A stretch of 64,000 bases of DNA from Clostridia bacterium (GTDB lineage: Bacteria; Bacillota; Clostridia; TANB77; CAG-508), in contig JAFWKV010000017.1 in the NCBI GenBank assembly GCA_017511265.1, positions 7,312-71,311 of the forward strand, written 5' to 3'. Each line of letters opens with the position of its first letter. Position 1 is the stretch's first letter. Shown here piece by piece: positions 1 through 9,934 of this stretch. Both the position numbers and the translations under genes were made by a program. Under the pieces are notes generated by a model. The model was not told the DNA's origin, did not search any database, and saw only the letters and a list, made by a program, of their open reading frames with translations.

Positions 1-266
1 TTCTATTGCATATTTAATCGTTGCAACTACTTTTGCTAAAAAGTATATGTTTAAAGAAAGTAAACATTAGTAAGCAAAATACACTCAGATAAAACTTGAA
101 GTCCTATTTGAGAAAATTGTTACTATTTAGACTCAACATTTAGGCGGAGATAATTATAATCTAGTCTGAACAGTAACAGAAAATTAGGTAAAATAATCGG
201 ATTTGATTGAAAATAGTAAAAAGAAATGATATAATGTTAAACAGTAATAAAAAAGGGGGAAATAAA

Positions 267-728
267 ATGAGCCAAGAAAAGAAAGTAAATATTGACAAAG
301 ACGAACTACTAAACAAGGGAAAAGGAGTTTTTTCAGACTTTAAAGATTTTATTTCACAAGGAGATGTTATAGACTTAGCAGTTGGTGTAATTATAGGTGG
401 AGCATTTGGAAAAATAGTAACATCATTAGTAAATGATATTATAATGCCAATAATTGGAACACTAATAGGAGGAGTTGACTTTACAGGATTAAAAGCAAAA
501 ATAGGTGAAGCAACAATAACATATGGAGTATTTATTCAAAATGTACTTGACTTTTTAATAGTAGCTTTATGTATTTTCTTCTTTGTAAGAGGAATAGAAA
601 GAATGAAAAAGAGAATGGAAGAAGCATTCAAAAAAGAAGAAGAAGAGGTTGCTGCAGAAGAGGAAGAAAAGAAAGACGAGCAAATTGTACTACTTGAAGA
701 AATTAGAGACTTATTAAAAAATAAATAA
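267..728 (+). CDS. mscL: Large-conductance mechanosensitive channel MscL. ORF track starts at 207; the start at 267 (MSQEKK) is preferred because of the GGGGGA ribosome-binding site.
   Basis: Conserved TM1 motif DFKDFISQGDVIDLAVGVIIGGAFGKIV, a second TM segment and a charged C-terminal helix. Length is typical. Confidence 0.85.
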   Translation: MSQEKKVNIDKDELLNKGKGVFSDFKDFISQGDVIDLAVGVIIGGAFGKIVTSLVNDIIMPIIGTLIGGVDFTGLKAKIGEATITYGVFIQNVLDFLIVALCIFFFVRGIERMKKRMEEAFKKEEEEVAAEEEEKKDEQIVLLEEIRDLLKNK

Positions 729-740
729 AAAATGAAAAAA

Positions 741-778
741 GGATAATATACAAAATCTTTATATTATCCTTTTTTATT
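741..778 (+). terminator. Rho-independent terminator after mscL
   Basis: Hairpin ggataatata / atattatcc followed by a T-run. Confidence 0.6.
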
Positions 779-823
779 GAAATTTATTTAATTTTATGGT
801 ATAAAAAGTTTGGAGGCGATAAT

Positions 824-1201
824 ATGAATAAAGAATTAAAAATAAAAAAATGTTTTAAATGTGGTGCAGTTATAAAAGTAATAGATGACTGCAATTGCAC
901 ATGTGGTTTTCAATGCTGTGGTGAAGAAATGAAAACATTAGTACCAAATTCAGTAGATGCAGCAGTAGAAAAACATGTACCAACTTATGAAATTAAAGAT
1001 GGAAAAATATTTGCAAGAGTAAATCATGTAATGGAAGAAAATCATTATATTGAATGGATTAGTATAGTATTTGATGGTGAAGAAAAAACTACATATTTTA
1101 AACCTGGGGACGAACCGGTTGCACATTGCAAATATGTACCAGGTTCTATAATATATGCATATTGTAATACACATGGTCTATGGAAAAAAGAAGTTGACTA
1201 A
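824..1201 (+). CDS. dfx: Desulfoferrodoxin / superoxide reductase
   Basis: N-terminal desulforedoxin-like Cys cluster (CFKCGA..CCGEEM) and C-terminal SOR motifs (EKHVP, HxxxH, CNTHGLW). 125 aa. Confidence 0.8.
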   Translation: MNKELKIKKCFKCGAVIKVIDDCNCTCGFQCCGEEMKTLVPNSVDAAVEKHVPTYEIKDGKIFARVNHVMEENHYIEWISIVFDGEEKTTYFKPGDEPVAHCKYVPGSIIYAYCNTHGLWKKEVD

Positions 1202-1228
1202 TAGCAAAATTGGAAGGATAAAGGATAT

Positions 1229-1702
1229 ATGAAAAAAGTATTATTTATCTCAAGTACTGGCGGGCATTTTAATGAACTAACGCAATTATCTCCATTATTT
1301 GAAAAATATGATTATCACATAATAACAGAAAAAGATAAAACAAACGCAAATTTAAAACAAAAATATGGTGATAAAATTTCATATTTGCCGTATGGCACAC
1401 GTAGCAAGCTCTTTAGCTATATTTTTAAATATTTTTATTTATGTTTAAAAACAATTTATTTATATATAAAAATAAGACCTAAATATATTATTACAACTGG
1501 AACTCATACTGCAGGACCAATGTGCTATTTAGGAAAGCTTTTTGGAAGTAAAGTTATTTACATTGAAACATTTGCAAATAAAAATACTAAGACAGCTACA
1601 GGCAGACTAATTTACCCTATAGCTGATTTATTTATTGTTCAATGGGAAGATATGCTAAAACTATATCCTAAAGCTGTATATGGTGGCTCAATATATTTGT
1701 AA
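1229..1702 (+). CDS. Alg14/PssD/Cps14F-like oligosaccharide biosynthesis glycosyltransferase accessory subunit
   Basis: N-terminus MKKVLFISSTGGHFNEL is typical of the Alg14-like family. About 157 aa. Confidence 0.5.
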   Translation: MKKVLFISSTGGHFNELTQLSPLFEKYDYHIITEKDKTNANLKQKYGDKISYLPYGTRSKLFSYIFKYFYLCLKTIYLYIKIRPKYIITTGTHTAGPMCYLGKLFGSKVIYIETFANKNTKTATGRLIYPIADLFIVQWEDMLKLYPKAVYGGSIYL

Positions 1703-1709
1703 AAAGTAC

Positions 1710-1738
1710 TTGATTTTTATAAAAAAATATAGTACAAT
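1710..1738 (+). promoter_or_regulatory. SigA-type promoter for rpsO
   Basis: ttgatt, 17-nt spacer, tacaat. Confidence 0.45.
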
Positions 1739-1835
1739 ATATGAGTAACAAAAGTATACCTTATACTTGGCATTAAGATTAAACACCTTATCTTATGCTC
1801 AGTTTAAGGAGATAAACAAAATAGGAGGTGTTAAT

Positions 1836-2099
1836 ATGACAAAGGAAAGAAAGCAAGAAATCATTAATACATATAAAAGAGACGAAAAAGATACTGGTTC
1901 TCCAGAGGTTCAAATAGCTCTTTTAACAGAAAGAATTAATGAATTAACAGAGCACTTAAAAATCCACAAAAAAGACAATCATTCAAGACGTGGACTTTTA
2001 AAAATGGTTGGTAAGAGAAGAAATCTATTAAACTACTTATCTAAAAAAGACTTACAAAGATACAGAGACATAGTTGAAAAACTAGGATTAAGAAAATAA
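1836..2099 (+). CDS. rpsO: 30S ribosomal protein S15
   Basis: [42 protein letters not shown] is the canonical S15 sequence. AGGAGGTG ribosome-binding site. Confidence 0.95.
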   Translation: MTKERKQEIINTYKRDEKDTGSPEVQIALLTERINELTEHLKIHKKDNHSRRGLLKMVGKRRNLLNYLSKKDLQRYRDIVEKLGLRK

Positions 2100-2107
2100 A
2101 CAAATCA

Positions 2108-2144
2108 AGGATGTTTAGCTATGACCTAAACATCCTATTTTTTA
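2108..2144 (+). terminator. Hairpin terminator/attenuator between rpsO and pnp
   Basis: aggatgtttag..ctaaacatcct followed by a T-run. Confidence 0.55.
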
Positions 2145-2157
2145 TTAGCATTATAAT

Positions 2158-2273
2158 GTCTTAAATATATAAAAATTTTGAATCCAAAACCGGATAGGAA
2201 GACCCTAGCTATGTTTTGCAACGAAGTTGCAAGACCCAGGTTTTGAGTGAAAAATTTTCTATATATTTAAGAC
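2158..2273 (+). repeat. MITE-like palindromic intergenic element, family R1 copy A
   Basis: Terminal inverted repeats cttaaatatataaaaattttg / aaaattttctatatatttaag flank the core ggaagaccctagctatgttttgcaacgaagttgcaagaccca. A second copy lies at 12669-12790 on the opposite strand. Confidence 0.6.
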
Positions 2274-2306
2274 ACATATAATGTAATATTTTAATAGGAG
2301 GAAAAA

Positions 2307-4430
2307 ATGTTTAAAGTATACGAAACAGAATTAGCAGGAAGAAAACTAAGTATTGAAACAGGAAAAATAGCAGGATTAGCAAATGGAAGTGTAATGGTAA
2401 GATATGGTGATACAGTTGTAATGGTAAATGTAACAGCATCAAAAGAACCAAGAGAAGGAATAAACTTTTTCCCATTATCAGTTGATTACGAAGAAAAATT
2501 ATATTCAGTAGGAAAAATACCAGGTGGATTCTTAAAAAGAGAAGGAAAGCCAGGAGACAAAGCAATACTTACATCAAGAGCTATAGACAGACCATTAAGA
2601 CCATTATTTCCAAAGGACTTTAGAAATGACGTTGTAGTAGTAGCAACAGTATTATGTGTAGATCAAGATAATTCACCAGAAGTTGCAGCAATGATTGGAG
2701 CATCAGCAGCTCTTTCAATTTCAGATATTCCATTTGGAGGACCAACAGCTGCAGTAAATGTGGGATTAGTTGATGAAGAAATTGTAATAAATCCAACAGA
2801 AGCACAAAGAGAAAAAAGTGATTTAACATTAACAGTTGCTGGAACTGAAGAAAAAATAGCAATGATAGAAGCTGGAGCAAATGAAGTATCAAATGAAACT
2901 ATGTTAAATGCAATAAAAGCAGGACACGAAGAAATTAAAAAAATGTGTAAATTTATATCTCAAATGAAGGAAGAAATAGGAAAGCCAAAATTTGAGTACA
3001 AATCATTTGCAATTCCAGAAGAAATAAGTGAATTTCTTGAAAGCTTTAAAGACGAAATGAAAGTTGCTGTTTTTGAAAAAGACAAACAAACAAGAGACAA
3101 CAATGTAGCAGAATTAACAGAAAAAATAGAAGTAGCATATGCAGAAAAATTTGGAGAAGAAAAGATTGAAGAAAATAAAGCAACAATAGGTGAAGCAGTT
3201 GAAAAACTAGAAAAAAAATGTGTTAGAGAAATGATTTTCAATGAGCATAAAAGAGTAGATGGAAGAGCAATAGATGAAATTAGACCATTATCATGTGAAG
3301 TAGGTATTTTACCACGTACACATGGAAGTGCAATTTTTACAAGAGGACAAACACAAGTAATGTCAATTGCAACACTTGGAATGATTAGTGAAGAGCAAAT
3401 ACTAGATGGTATAGATACAGAAGAATCAAAAAGATATATGCATCACTATAATTTCCCTGCATATAGCGTAGGAGAAGCAAGAGCCTCAAGAGGACCAGGA
3501 AGAAGAGAAATTGGTCATGGAGCTTTAGCAGAAAAAGCATTAGTTCCAGTAATACCATCAAAAGAGGAATTCCCTTATGCAATAAGAGTAGTATCTGAAA
3601 CACTTTCTTCAAATGGATCTACATCACAAGGAAGTATATGTGGAAGCACTTTAGCGTTAATGGATGCAGGAGTTCCTTTAAAAAGACCAGTTGCAGGAAT
3701 TTCAACAGGATTAGTATCAAACCCAGATAATCCAGATGACTATGTAATGATTTTAGACATTCAAGGAATAGAAGATTTCTTCGGAGATATGGACTTCAAA
3801 GTAGGAGGAACAGAGAAAGGTATTACAGCAATTCAAGTTGATATCAAAGTAGATGGTTTAACATATAAAATAATTGAAGAAGCATTTGAAAGAACTGAAA
3901 AGGCAAGAAAATATATTCTAGATGAAATTATGCTTAAAGAAATTGCAAAACCAAGAGATGAGATTTCTAAATATGCGCCACATATAGTTAGCACAAACAT
4001 AAAAGTAGAGAAAATCAAAGATGTAATTGGAAAAGGTGGAGAAACAATCAACAAAATAATAGATGCTACAGGGGTAAAAATTGACATTGAAGAAGATGGA
4101 CAAGTTATGATTTATTCAGTAGACAATGACAAAGCACAGGAAGCATTAGATATGGTTGAAGACATTGTTAGAGAAGTTGAAGTTGGTGGAATCTACTTAG
4201 GTACAGTTACAAAACTAATGGCCTTTGGAGCATTTGTTGATTTAGGATTTGGAGGTAAAGAAGGACTGCTTCATATTTCTAAAATTTCTAACGAAAGAAT
4301 TAAAAACATTGAAGATGTACTTCATGTTGGAGATAGAGTAACAGTTAAAGTACTTAACATTGATGAACAAGGAAGAATAAACTTAACTGCAAAAAATTTG
4401 AATGAAGAATCAGAGAAAAAAGATGATTAG
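2307..4430 (+). CDS. pnp: Polynucleotide phosphorylase
   Basis: 707 aa with RNase PH domains, KH domain and C-terminal S1 domain. Conserved rpsO-pnp synteny. Confidence 0.95.
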   Translation: MFKVYETELAGRKLSIETGKIAGLANGSVMVRYGDTVVMVNVTASKEPREGINFFPLSVDYEEKLYSVGKIPGGFLKREGKPGDKAILTSRAIDRPLRPLFPKDFRNDVVVVATVLCVDQDNSPEVAAMIGASAALSISDIPFGGPTAAVNVGLVDEEIVINPTEAQREKSDLTLTVAGTEEKIAMIEAGANEVSNETMLNAIKAGHEEIKKMCKFISQMKEEIGKPKFEYKSFAIPEEISEFLESFKDEMKVAVFEKDKQTRDNNVAELTEKIEVAYAEKFGEEKIEENKATIGEAVEKLEKKCVREMIFNEHKRVDGRAIDEIRPLSCEVGILPRTHGSAIFTRGQTQVMSIATLGMISEEQILDGIDTEESKRYMHHYNFPAYSVGEARASRGPGRREIGHGALAEKALVPVIPSKEEFPYAIRVVSETLSSNGSTSQGSICGSTLALMDAGVPLKRPVAGISTGLVSNPDNPDDYVMILDIQGIEDFFGDMDFKVGGTEKGITAIQVDIKVDGLTYKIIEEAFERTEKARKYILDEIMLKEIAKPRDEISKYAPHIVSTNIKVEKIKDVIGKGGETINKIIDATGVKIDIEEDGQVMIYSVDNDKAQEALDMVEDIVREVEVGGIYLGTVTKLMAFGAFVDLGFGGKEGLLHISKISNERIKNIEDVLHVGDRVTVKVLNIDEQGRINLTAKNLNEESEKKDD

Positions 4431-4452
4431 CATAATCATCTTTTTTCTGCTT

Positions 4453-4536
4453 TGGGGAACTTTTGGGGACAGGTCCAAAAAGTCTTCGAACTATCATAAA
4501 CTTTTTGGACCTGTCCCCAAAAGTTCAAAAGTTCCC
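4453..4536. repeat. GGGGAC-type palindromic intergenic element
   Basis: Inverted arms ggggaacttttggggacaggtccaaaaag / ctttttggacctgtccccaaaagttcaaaagttcccc. Confidence 0.5.
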
Positions 4537-4597
4537 CATTGACAACATTCAACTCTATTGGTAAAATAAACAAAAAGAGAAAAGGAGGAACTCCGAA

Positions 4598-6259
4598 ATG
4601 ACAGATATAGAAATAGCAAGAAATACAAAACTAGAAGACATAAAGGTCATAGCAAAAAAGCTAGACATAGCAGAGGAAGACATAGAGCAGTATGGAAAAT
4701 ACAAAGCCAAAATATCTAACAATGTATATGAAAACGTAAAAGAAAAAGAGAACGGAAAATTAGTTTTAGTTACAGCAATGAGTCCAACACCATTAGGAGA
4801 AGGTAAAACAACAGTATCAATAGCAATTGCAGATGGATTAGCTAAAATAGGTAAAAAGCCAGTTTTGGCATTAAGAGAACCATCACTAGGACCAGTATTT
4901 GGAATCAAAGGTGGAGCAACAGGAGGCGGACAAACTCAAATAGCACCAATGGAAGATATCAATCTTCACTTTACTGGAGATATTCATGCAATTACATCAG
5001 CAAATAATCTACTATCAGCTTTAATTGATAATCATATATACAATGGTAATGAATTAGGCTTTGATAAAGTAGTATGGAAAAGATGTGTGGATTTAAATGA
5101 TAGACAATTAAGAAGGGTAAATACAGGTTTATCAGAAGAAAAAAATGTAGTACCAAGAATGGATGCATTTGATATAAGTGTAGCTTCAGAGATTATGGCA
5201 ATTTTCTGTCTAGCAACTGATACAAATGATTTAAAAGAAAGATTAGGAAATATAGTTGTAGGATATAATAAAGAAAATAAAGCAATTTATGCAAGAGATT
5301 TGAAAGCAGAGGGAAGCTTAACAGTATTATTAAAAGATGCAATAAAACCAAATTTAGTACAAACATTAGCACATACACCATGTATAGTACATGGTGGACC
5401 ATTTGCAAACATAGCACATGGATGTAACAGTGTTATAGCAACAAAACTTGCTTTAAAGCTTGGAGATTATACAGTAACAGAAGCAGGATTTGGAGCAGAT
5501 CTTGGAGCAGAGAAATTTTTAGATATAAAATGCAGAAAAACAGGGTTAAAGCCAGATGCAGTTGTAGTAATTGCTACAATTAAAGCACTAAAATACCATG
5601 GAGGAACACCAAAAGCTGACATATTGCACGAAAACATGGAAACACTAGAAAAAGGAATGGGAAATCTATATCAACATATAGACAACATTAAAAATAAATT
5701 TGGACTAAATGTAATTGTTGCATTAAATAAATATAATACAGACATGCAAAAAGAAATTGACTTTGTAATGAAAAAATTAAATGAAAAAGGCATTCCTGTT
5801 AGCTTGTCAGAAGGATGGGCTAAAGGAGGAGATGGTGCTACAGATTTAGCTCAAAAAATAGTAAATGAATGTGAAAAAGAAACAGAGCTTAATTTTATGT
5901 ATGAACTTGAAGATAGTATTCAAGATAAAATAAAAAGTGTTGCTCAAAAGATTTATGGCGCTGAAGATGTTGACTATTCAGCTGAAGCAATAGAAAGTAT
6001 TAAAAGAATAGAAAATTTAGGTTATGGTAATTTACCTGTTTGTATTGCAAAAACACAGTATTCTTTCTCAGATGATGCAAAAAATATAGAAGGCATTACA
6101 CCATACAATATTACAGTAAGAGATGTAGAACTTAAAGCAGGAAGCGGTTTTATTGTAGTTTTATGTGGCAAAATATTTACAATGCCGGGCTTGCCAAAAG
6201 TTCCAGCAGCTGAAGGTATAGATATAGATGAAAATGGCAATGTAGTAGGGATATTTTAA
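4598..6259 (+). CDS. fhs: Formate--tetrahydrofolate ligase
   Basis: 553 aa. P-loop PTPLGEGKTT and full-length FTHFS similarity. Confidence 0.95.
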   Translation: MTDIEIARNTKLEDIKVIAKKLDIAEEDIEQYGKYKAKISNNVYENVKEKENGKLVLVTAMSPTPLGEGKTTVSIAIADGLAKIGKKPVLALREPSLGPVFGIKGGATGGGQTQIAPMEDINLHFTGDIHAITSANNLLSALIDNHIYNGNELGFDKVVWKRCVDLNDRQLRRVNTGLSEEKNVVPRMDAFDISVASEIMAIFCLATDTNDLKERLGNIVVGYNKENKAIYARDLKAEGSLTVLLKDAIKPNLVQTLAHTPCIVHGGPFANIAHGCNSVIATKLALKLGDYTVTEAGFGADLGAEKFLDIKCRKTGLKPDAVVVIATIKALKYHGGTPKADILHENMETLEKGMGNLYQHIDNIKNKFGLNVIVALNKYNTDMQKEIDFVMKKLNEKGIPVSLSEGWAKGGDGATDLAQKIVNECEKETELNFMYELEDSIQDKIKSVAQKIYGAEDVDYSAEAIESIKRIENLGYGNLPVCIAKTQYSFSDDAKNIEGITPYNITVRDVELKAGSGFIVVLCGKIFTMPGLPKVPAAEGIDIDENGNVVGIF

Positions 6260-6346
6260 TTTGTTGACTTTTATTTATAAACGTTCTGACTAATGAACAT
6301 GAATAAAACTTCTTATTTTTAACATAATAAAAATAGGAGGTTTTTT

Positions 6347-7282
6347 ATGTATAATTTTAGAACAGACTTAGCAGTTGAAAGACATGACATATACAGAAAA
6401 GCAAATAAAATAGAAAATAAAATAGATGGAATTGATGTAGAAGAGCAAGCTATAGATGACAAACTAAAAGTAACTAGAGTAAAAGTCACAAACGAAAATG
6501 GAGAACAAGCAATAGGAAAGCCAATTGGAAGTTATATAACAGTTGATGTAAAAGACTTAAAAATGGCTGATGAAGAAGACATACAAAAGTCGGCAGAAAT
6601 ATTATCAAAAGAATTAGTACCTTTATTAGATAAGCACATAGACAAACAGGGAGAAATACTAGTTGTAGGACTTGGAAATTTATATGTAACGCCAGATAGT
6701 TTAGGACCAAAGGTAATCAATGACATAGATGTAACAAGGCACCTAATAAAATATGTACCTCAATATGTAGAAGAGGGCACAAGAATGGTAAGTGCAGTAT
6801 CACCTGGAGTACTTGGAACTACAGGAATAGAGACAATGGAAATTTTAAAAGGGATAGTCGAAAATGTACATCCAAAGTTAGTAATAGTAATAGATGCATT
6901 AGCATCAAGAAGTATTGAAAGAATTAGTAGTACAATTCAGCTCTCAGATACCGGAATTGTGCCAGGTGCAGGAGTAGGAAACAGTAGAAAAGAAATAAGT
7001 CAAAGAACATTAGGCATTCCTGTTATAGCAATGGGCATACCAACAGTTGTAGAAAGTGCAGTTTTGGTAAATGACTGCTTAGATTTATTTATAACCAAAT
7101 TACAAACGCAAGCCAAGTCAAATGATTACTTAAACAAACTAAAGGAGCAAGATAATTATGAAGAAATTAAAGAAGCATTAGTTCCAAATGATTATAATAT
7201 GATTGTAACACCAAAAGAAATAGATGATTTAATTGAAAATATGAGTAGTATTGTTGCTAGAGGGATTAATATGAGCTTGTAG
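6347..7282 (+). CDS. gpr: Spore germination protease GPR
   Basis: N-terminus MYNFRTDLAVERHDI and a length of 311 aa are typical of GPR endopeptidase. Confidence 0.85.
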   Translation: MYNFRTDLAVERHDIYRKANKIENKIDGIDVEEQAIDDKLKVTRVKVTNENGEQAIGKPIGSYITVDVKDLKMADEEDIQKSAEILSKELVPLLDKHIDKQGEILVVGLGNLYVTPDSLGPKVINDIDVTRHLIKYVPQYVEEGTRMVSAVSPGVLGTTGIETMEILKGIVENVHPKLVIVIDALASRSIERISSTIQLSDTGIVPGAGVGNSRKEISQRTLGIPVIAMGIPTVVESAVLVNDCLDLFITKLQTQAKSNDYLNKLKEQDNYEEIKEALVPNDYNMIVTPKEIDDLIENMSSIVARGINMSL

Positions 7283-7526
7283 TAAGATTTACAAAATTGA
7301 AAAAATGTATAATCTTCATTCCTATAGGATAAAGGATTTTATATCTTTTATCCTATTTTTATACTATAGATAAGCTCTGTTTAAATTGTCATAATACTGT
7401 TGCAAAAATGTAATGAAATTGAAATATTAAATACAGCCCAATATGGTATAATAAAAAAGGAAAATAGAGAAAAATAGAATCTAGATGACACATTAAAAAA
7501 CAAAAAGATTGAGCAATTTACATAAA

Positions 7527-7555
7527 TTGACATAAATTTGTAAAAATGGTATAAT
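7527..7555 (+). promoter_or_regulatory. Consensus SigA promoter upstream of a small ORF
   Basis: ttgaca, 17 nt, tataat (perfect consensus). Confidence 0.6.
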
Positions 7556-7594
7556 ATAAGTGTATTATACCCAATCAAAGATTGGAGGCATATT

Positions 7595-7834
7595 ATGGAA
7601 GTTGAAAAGATAAAAGAGGAAATTGAAAAGGTAATTGAGGAAATTCAAGATTTTACAAAATTTAGTCCAAATGGAGAAGTTGATTCAATAGAATACCTCT
7701 ATACTGCAAGAGAAGTAGCAAATTGCTATGACCGAATAATGACATCGAATCTAGATGAGAAAACGCTTAAAGAAATAACTTATCTTCGTCATTGCCTGAA
7801 ACAAAATCCGCAATATCTTAGCTTTCATAAGTAA
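7595..7834 (+). CDS. Small hypothetical protein (79 aa)
   Basis: ORF with an upstream consensus promoter and GGAGG ribosome-binding site. No recognisable family. Confidence 0.4.
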   Translation: MEVEKIKEEIEKVIEEIQDFTKFSPNGEVDSIEYLYTAREVANCYDRIMTSNLDEKTLKEITYLRHCLKQNPQYLSFHK

Positions 7835-7930
7835 TAATTCTTTATAATTAAGAATTATTAAAAAGAAAAAGACACAGAGGATAAGTAAAATCTTCTGTGT
7901 CTTTTATTTAGAATGGGGGTATAATAGATA

Positions 7931-9796
7931 ATGTCAGCATTACCATTTGAAACAATAGAAAAAATGAGAGATAATTTATTAATAGAAATGCAAAACATAT
8001 ATAAAAATCAGCCAGTTTTAGATTCAGAAATAGAAATTGAAATAAATAAAAATTGGAGTTTACCAATAAAAGCCATTGTAAATAATGCTGTAGAACTTTG
8101 TACGAGAGATTTAGAAAGTTCATTTAAAAAATTAACAAAAAGCATAAAAGATAATAATGCATATATAGAAGAATGGGAACAACAAAAAACTGAAATAGAA
8201 AATAGTAATGCATCAGAACAACTAAAAAGAAAGAAAACCGAACGAATAGATAAAAAAATAAGGGAAATACAAGCAGCTAATGAACAAGAAAAGATAGAAA
8301 TTATGAAAAAAATACATAGAATATATGCTGACTTTTATGCAAAAACGGGATGGATCAATAACAAATTAAAACATCAAGAGATGGATATGCGATGGGACAA
8401 TAAAAATACATGTATGAGAAAAGCCTTTTTTTATGAATTAATGGGAGAGTATGAGGGATTTAATATACGATTGGATGAATATGGGAATAAATGTTTTTAT
8501 ACACCAGTTTTATTACCAATTCAAGGTGGACATTTTTTGCCTATATCTTTACATTTTGGTAGTGAACGTAATTATCAAGAATTTATGATAAAAACGGATG
8601 CAGAATTAGACAATTATAGAGAAGATTTACCAGAACTTGTATATAGAGCTAAATTAAGATTAAGATATCAAAATAAACAATCAAAATTAAAAAAAGATGA
8701 CAAAAATATACCTACAGAATTATCAGAACCTATTAGTGGTTCTGATATAGAAAAAATACAGATATTAGTGCTTAAATATTCAGATGCTAAAAATAAATAT
8801 GATGGAAAAAAAGAAGAATATAATAAAGCAAGCAAAAGATACAAAAAAGAAGCTTGTATTCAAGAAATAAAACAAATACAAGCAGAATTAGATGAAATCG
8901 AGAGTGAATTAATAAGACTATGCTCTAGTGATAAACAATTTTTAGAGTGCATTAAAGAAGCACCTACACTTGGATACACAGAGGAAGTAAATAAAAATGG
9001 ATTAATAAAGGAAATAGGGCATTTGCTAGAAATAAAATCAAAAAAAGACGTTATAGAATTTATAAAAAAGAATCCTAGCAAAACTGAAATGGTAAAAGTT
9101 TTATTTGAAGACGATTCAGACGTTGTGAAATTCATCGAATTAGTTCAAGATATACAATCAGCAGAAGATATTGAAAAAAGAAATGAATTAGCTCAAAAGT
9201 TAATGTACAGATGTGTAGGAATGGGAACTGAAGGTGAAGACGCATTCTTTCCAACAGAAGACAGCAAAGAATCACAAATTGAACCAATAAAAGAATTTAT
9301 AGAATCTCAAGGAATAAAAATACCAGAATTGGATCAACAAATTCGAGAAGCATTCGATGAAAAAGAATTATTGAAAAGTGAAGAATGGGACATAGGAACA
9401 GAACCACTTACTCCACATAATTTTGCAAAGATACTAAAAAAAGGAATGATTGATCATAATTTGGATTTTGATTCTGCAGATGAAGCTATAGATATTTATT
9501 TAAAATTAGATATGTTATATGGGAGAGATGGTGAAAAATCCATCCGAATGATTAAAAATAAAATTGATAATTCATTAGGCAAAGAAGAACCAGCAAATTA
9601 TGAAGAAAATAAAGAAATATATGATGAATTATATGAAGATGCATTGGAGGGGAGAGTAGCAAAATTTTTTGAAAAACTTCCATTAACATTTTCGCCAGCA
9701 GAACTAGCAGAATATTACCAAGAGACAAATGAGTTTGAGAGAGAATGGAACCAGTATAAAGAAAGAGATCAAGACATAAAAGGGATACATAATTAA
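7931..9796 (+). CDS. Hypothetical K/E-rich coiled-coil protein (621 aa)
   Basis: Long ORF with a GGGGG ribosome-binding site, biased toward charged residues. No motif recognised. Confidence 0.5.
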   Translation: MSALPFETIEKMRDNLLIEMQNIYKNQPVLDSEIEIEINKNWSLPIKAIVNNAVELCTRDLESSFKKLTKSIKDNNAYIEEWEQQKTEIENSNASEQLKRKKTERIDKKIREIQAANEQEKIEIMKKIHRIYADFYAKTGWINNKLKHQEMDMRWDNKNTCMRKAFFYELMGEYEGFNIRLDEYGNKCFYTPVLLPIQGGHFLPISLHFGSERNYQEFMIKTDAELDNYREDLPELVYRAKLRLRYQNKQSKLKKDDKNIPTELSEPISGSDIEKIQILVLKYSDAKNKYDGKKEEYNKASKRYKKEACIQEIKQIQAELDEIESELIRLCSSDKQFLECIKEAPTLGYTEEVNKNGLIKEIGHLLEIKSKKDVIEFIKKNPSKTEMVKVLFEDDSDVVKFIELVQDIQSAEDIEKRNELAQKLMYRCVGMGTEGEDAFFPTEDSKESQIEPIKEFIESQGIKIPELDQQIREAFDEKELLKSEEWDIGTEPLTPHNFAKILKKGMIDHNLDFDSADEAIDIYLKLDMLYGRDGEKSIRMIKNKIDNSLGKEEPANYEENKEIYDELYEDALEGRVAKFFEKLPLTFSPAELAEYYQETNEFEREWNQYKERDQDIKGIHN

Positions 9797-9934
9797 TAAT
9801 GATGCTGAAATGGTTGAAATCACATAAAATTGCCAAATAGATGTTATATTTATATAACATCTATTTGACTTAATGGATAGTAAAATTATTTTAAATCAAC
9901 TTGAATTTTTTCTTCCATAATTGCTTGGCAAAGT

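Noticed and set aside
207-266. Longer N-terminal extension of mscL (start at 207)
   Set aside because: The ATG at 267 has a much better ribosome-binding site and yields a typical MscL length. The extension remains possible but is unsupported.
950-1174. Minus-strand 74-aa ORF within dfx
   Set aside because: It is an antisense artefact inside a well-supported CDS.
2311-4103. Multiple minus-strand ORFs of 60-95 aa (2311-2565, 2620-2892, 2960-3241, 3385-3612, 3833-4087, 3918-4103) inside pnp
   Set aside because: They are antisense to a highly conserved CDS, have Leu/Phe-rich low-complexity translations typical of AT-rich antisense frames, and have no ribosome-binding sites.
7290-7594. Possible RNA gene (tRNA or riboswitch) in the long AT-rich intergenic region after gpr
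   Set aside because: No cloverleaf or conserved riboswitch motif was recognisable by eye. Only a consensus promoter at 7527-7555 could be supported.
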